Below the pieces are notes generated by a model. That model saw only the letters and a program-made list of their open reading frames with translations, had not been told where the DNA came from and ran no database searches. From Glycera tridactyla (lineage: Eukaryota), in NCBI GenBank assembly GCA_965644265.1, contig CBFFRO010000032.1, positions 307 through 64,000 of the forward strand: 63,694 bases of DNA. The letters run 5' to 3'. A program made the translations under genes and the position numbers. Shown piece by piece: positions 60,042 through 63,694 of the stretch (position 1 is the first letter of the stretch; every line of letters starts with the position of its first letter).

Positions 60042-63000
60042 ATGCAAAAAATGAAGAGCAAAATCCGCACACTTTGGATGTCATTGATATATCTACAAGT
60101 TTTATTCGGTCATATGAATCTAAGGCGCCTGGCTGGAGAAAGGAGAAAAAAACTGGCCACCATCACAATAGTATCCAACATCTCGATGCTACTTCTTAAG
60201 GCCTATATTGCAATTATTGTAATTCTGCCTGGTGGAGCCCCTACAAACTTCCACTGCCAGCTGCGTACCGCAGTGTTAGCTATCTTAAACTGGATGATGC
60301 TGATTCACCTGATGCTTATGTTTTACAACAGTGTCAAACTCAACAAATTTGACAGACTTCTCCGTCACATGGATGCATTTCAACTCAGTGCTCTCCAGAA
60401 TACACCATTAAAGAAGCAGGAATTATGTGCTGTTATGTCATCCATAATTGCATCTCTTATCGTCATTGCATCTGGCATTAGTATCAAATACTTGACATTC
60501 AACTTGGATTGGGTTAGCTTGGAGGCAGTTGCCAGGAAATGGTGTCCATCACTGCCACCACTCGCCTCACTCATCTCTTACTATCTCTATCATACAGAGG
60601 ATTTCTTCTCTGTGGTAACCATCTGGGGCTACGTGTTGCTCTTCATGTGCACTATCTATTGGGTGTGCCATGAGGTACATGCTATAAAAAGGTATGTCAG
60701 TTGAGAATGATGGTATACCATTGAAATATTTTACATGTCTTTGTTACAAGTCTTTGGGCAAATCGAGAAATCTGGATGTTCATCAATCTGTTTCATTGGT
60801 AATCCTAGGGTACCAAATGAGTGACATCAATTTGAACGCGTTCATTTGGATAAGCACTTCCCTTCCAATTAGAATGGTGACTACTTGAACAAGACATTGG
60901 GGAAAATGCTACCCATATTGGGAAGGTCAAGTGATTTCCCAGATTATATCAATGTTCTTACACTTAACAAAGAATTTGTCTACTACACATGAACTACTCT
61001 ATTATATTCTATGAATGAGCCAACACAATTTGATTATGTTACAAAATATTCAAGGCTGTGTGGGTAGATTCTTGCTCCTGTCAAGTTTGAATGTTGAATG
61101 CGCTGGAAATACTGACATTTGAGCAGAGGGGAGTCTTTGAAAAGGAACTCAAGGGTCCTAAAATATATCTTCTGGTATTCCTGCAAGATCTCCATGATGC
61201 AATTGGCAAATCTGGGAGGTCAAGAACTCGTTTCCAGTCGACATTGATGGTTATTCAAAGCATCATATGTGTCTTTATAAAATGGGCATTTCTTTTGAAG
61301 GACTGTGCAGGTACCATGCCAGTCTCAGCATTTAGTGTTTCGGTGTAGTATACCTATGCTCTTGTCATTAGAACTAAACAACTTGTCTCAGAATGAAGAC
61401 GTTTGGTGAAATACCATCCCAAATTCATGTGCTCACTCCTACTATGCCAGTTTTATATAGACTGCCTTGAAGTTTGATATATTCCATTATTCACTTTTTG
61501 TTCACCTATATGATCTCATACTATCAGCCTCAATTGTAATCACAACGTAGAGAACACTTTTACCAAGATCCTTTGTATAGGGGGATGTGTCAGAGAAATA
61601 CTCTGGAGAAATAAAGTTTTTGAAACCTTCAAAGCATTGGAACCTCTGGAAGGACCATGAATGTGGAATTTTCCCGATCATTATCCTGAACGTGTATTTG
61701 ATATACAACTTCTCAACTGGCCCCATTGTCATTTTCTCCTTTTTCGAAATGGGGGAATATTGAGAAGAGTGCAATGCAGTTTCCAGTATATCATGATTCT
61801 ACACACTGTACAATTGTGTTAAAATAAACGTTTTCAAGTTGGAAAATGATATTGTGAACTCATATTAATTGGATAAGTAGTGGCTCAGAAGCACACGTCA
61901 CATTGAAATTGCATGGATAGGGCCATGCTCTCATGGGAATCTGATTTAGAGATGTGTCTTTTTTCTCACAGGATGATCACTGAGTTTGTAAATGGTCCAG
62001 AAATGGATGAAGATCGTTTGAAGGACTTGCGATGTAGATATGACGCTTTATGTCGTGTTGTGAAAGACGTTGATGACATTTTCCGGCACCCCAGTGGCCT
62101 AGTGCTCATCGTTCAACTGGCCCTTGTTTGTTTTGGAATCTATAAAATTATCAGCATTCTCCCGTTTCACACTCTCATTGACATTCTATACCTGGTGACA
62201 GACATCATCTCCCTATGTGGTCTGCTTATACCCCCAGCACAGCTACACAGGAGTGTGAGTATTAAGGATATGTGGTTGATGGGTTGGTTTTGGATAATTA
62301 TGTATTTCATGGGGAATTGCAATTGTTTTGGACAAGACCTTTTCGGTATCTATGAAAGCACAAACAACACATGACTTGTCGACATTTTATATCGAGGGGG
62401 GGGGGGGTCAATGTCGCATCAGCTCCTTTCGTGCTGCACTGTGACGCAAATTCAATGGCCATGGATGGGATCATTGGTTCCTGACAGGGGTAAATATTCA
62501 CAAACCCTCGTCTTGTCATTTCTGTTGTTAGGTTGGTTTCAAATAATCATCTATATCGTGGAATATCATCATTGTTTTGGAGAGGACCTTTTTGGTATAT
62601 ATGCAAGCACAAACAAAATATCACCCGTAATATGTCAATCAGTCATGTATCTTGATGTTGAGGAAACAAGCAAGACCTGGAATTCCAGACTTCATAAGGC
62701 AGATACTGCTTGGATGTGTACAGTCCTACCGGGTCTCAATATCACAATGTTGAAACAGAAGGAACTATTTGAACAGATTGACATTTTAAATATCTTCAGA
62801 TAGTTGAAAGGTGTTGATTAACCTGATTGGTTGCTAGTGGGCTTAATTGGATGCTGGTTGACATCCAGCATTCATGCCCCTAGCTTTGGTCTATTGTAAT
62901 AATTACTACAGAATAAACAATGTTCTGTAATTAACCATCTGCTGATACTTTTGAAACACTTTTCAAATTTGAAACCATAGGGAAATATGGAAGGAGATTA

Positions 63001-63598
63001 ACAGTTATGAAAAAAATTGCGTGCTCACGAAAGACTGGCTGAAGAACACAAACAAAAAAATAAATGGTAGCCGTGCAAGAACTCGGTGATCTTTCTACAC
63101 TTTGTCTGGAAAATACATTTTTTATCCTCCCTGGATTGAGTAGACATGATGTACTATTGAAAATCAATCAACTCTTGAAAGTCAATTTGTTTCAAGGTCA
63201 CCTTGAAGCCCCATCCTGACATTGCGATTTCACAAATATTTATGTCAGATCAGGGGGGGGGGGGGGTGTTCACCCCTCCAATATACACACATGACATGTA
63301 TTCAAAACGCATAGATTGCTTCAAAAAAGACTTCAAAACATCATGTGCTGTTTATGTATCGAATATGTACCCACCTCATGCATATCATCCTATTTGATTT
63401 TTAGGGGCATGCTTCTCAAGCATTATTGGTGGCACAGCCTATGAGGCTGTTCTCACCATGATATAACATAGAAATTTCCTGAAGTCTGGCATATTTCATG
63501 CCCCTGATAAAAGTCATTCTCTCTCCTAGGTATCTTCCTGTTTGAATCCTCTTTACCAGATGCGGGTTACCGAGGTAACAGAACATGCTATGAGACAG
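60042..63598 (+). CDS. Gustatory receptor-like protein, paralog 2 (3' exons lie beyond the window)
   Basis: Exons 60042-60691, 61972-62254 and 63530-63598, with the same lengths and phases as GRL-1. About 70% aa identity in exon 1 (66 differences in 217 aa by manual alignment, no indels). Confidence 0.9.
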
Positions 63599-63694
63599 GT
63601 AGGTCCGTTATTACAAATTGGATAATCCAAAAGAATGATTACTGGGGAATGAACCAAGAACATAATAACTCAAATTTCACGCCAATAATCACAT

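Noticed and set aside
62278-62628. Extended ORFs 61913-62374 and 62411-62803 as extra GRL exons
   Set aside because: Read-through into intron 2 and a local ~95-bp duplication. GRL-1 exon structure fixes the true boundaries.

Overview
Repeat-rich genomic DNA from an animal, probably a marine invertebrate bilaterian (inferred from spliceosomal introns, GRL genes and the TE types; the taxon cannot be determined). It has two scaffold gaps. Host genes: two tandem, same-strand gustatory-receptor-like (GRL, 7TM chemoreceptor/ion-channel family) paralogs. GRL-1 is complete (5 coding exons, 24519-29883, 398 aa). GRL-2 is cut by the window end (3 exons visible from 60042). There is also a candidate unknown minus-strand gene running off the left edge (exons near 9942-10130, 7638-7752 and 2547-2696). 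The ~30 kb between the GRLs is mostly mobile DNA. (i) A 5'-truncated Neptune-type Penelope-like element (RT + GIY-YIG, 31646-34334) with an inverted arm that carries a hammerhead-ribozyme core. (ii) A very young 17.1-kb LTR-int-LTR-int-LTR retroelement (34844-51967, minus strand). It has TG...CA LTRs of ~1.48 kb, a 4-bp ACTT TSD, a tRNA-His PBS and a PPT, but no gag/pol ORF in its 6.3-kb interior (a tandem LARD-like element), and it carries an older hAT MITE as cargo. (iii) CR1/L2-type LINE relics. The rest is TA-flanked CAGT...ACTG MITEs, SINE/LINE tails, mini- and microsatellites. Most short ORFs in the track are artefacts of repeats. All analysis was by eye; no database searches were run.
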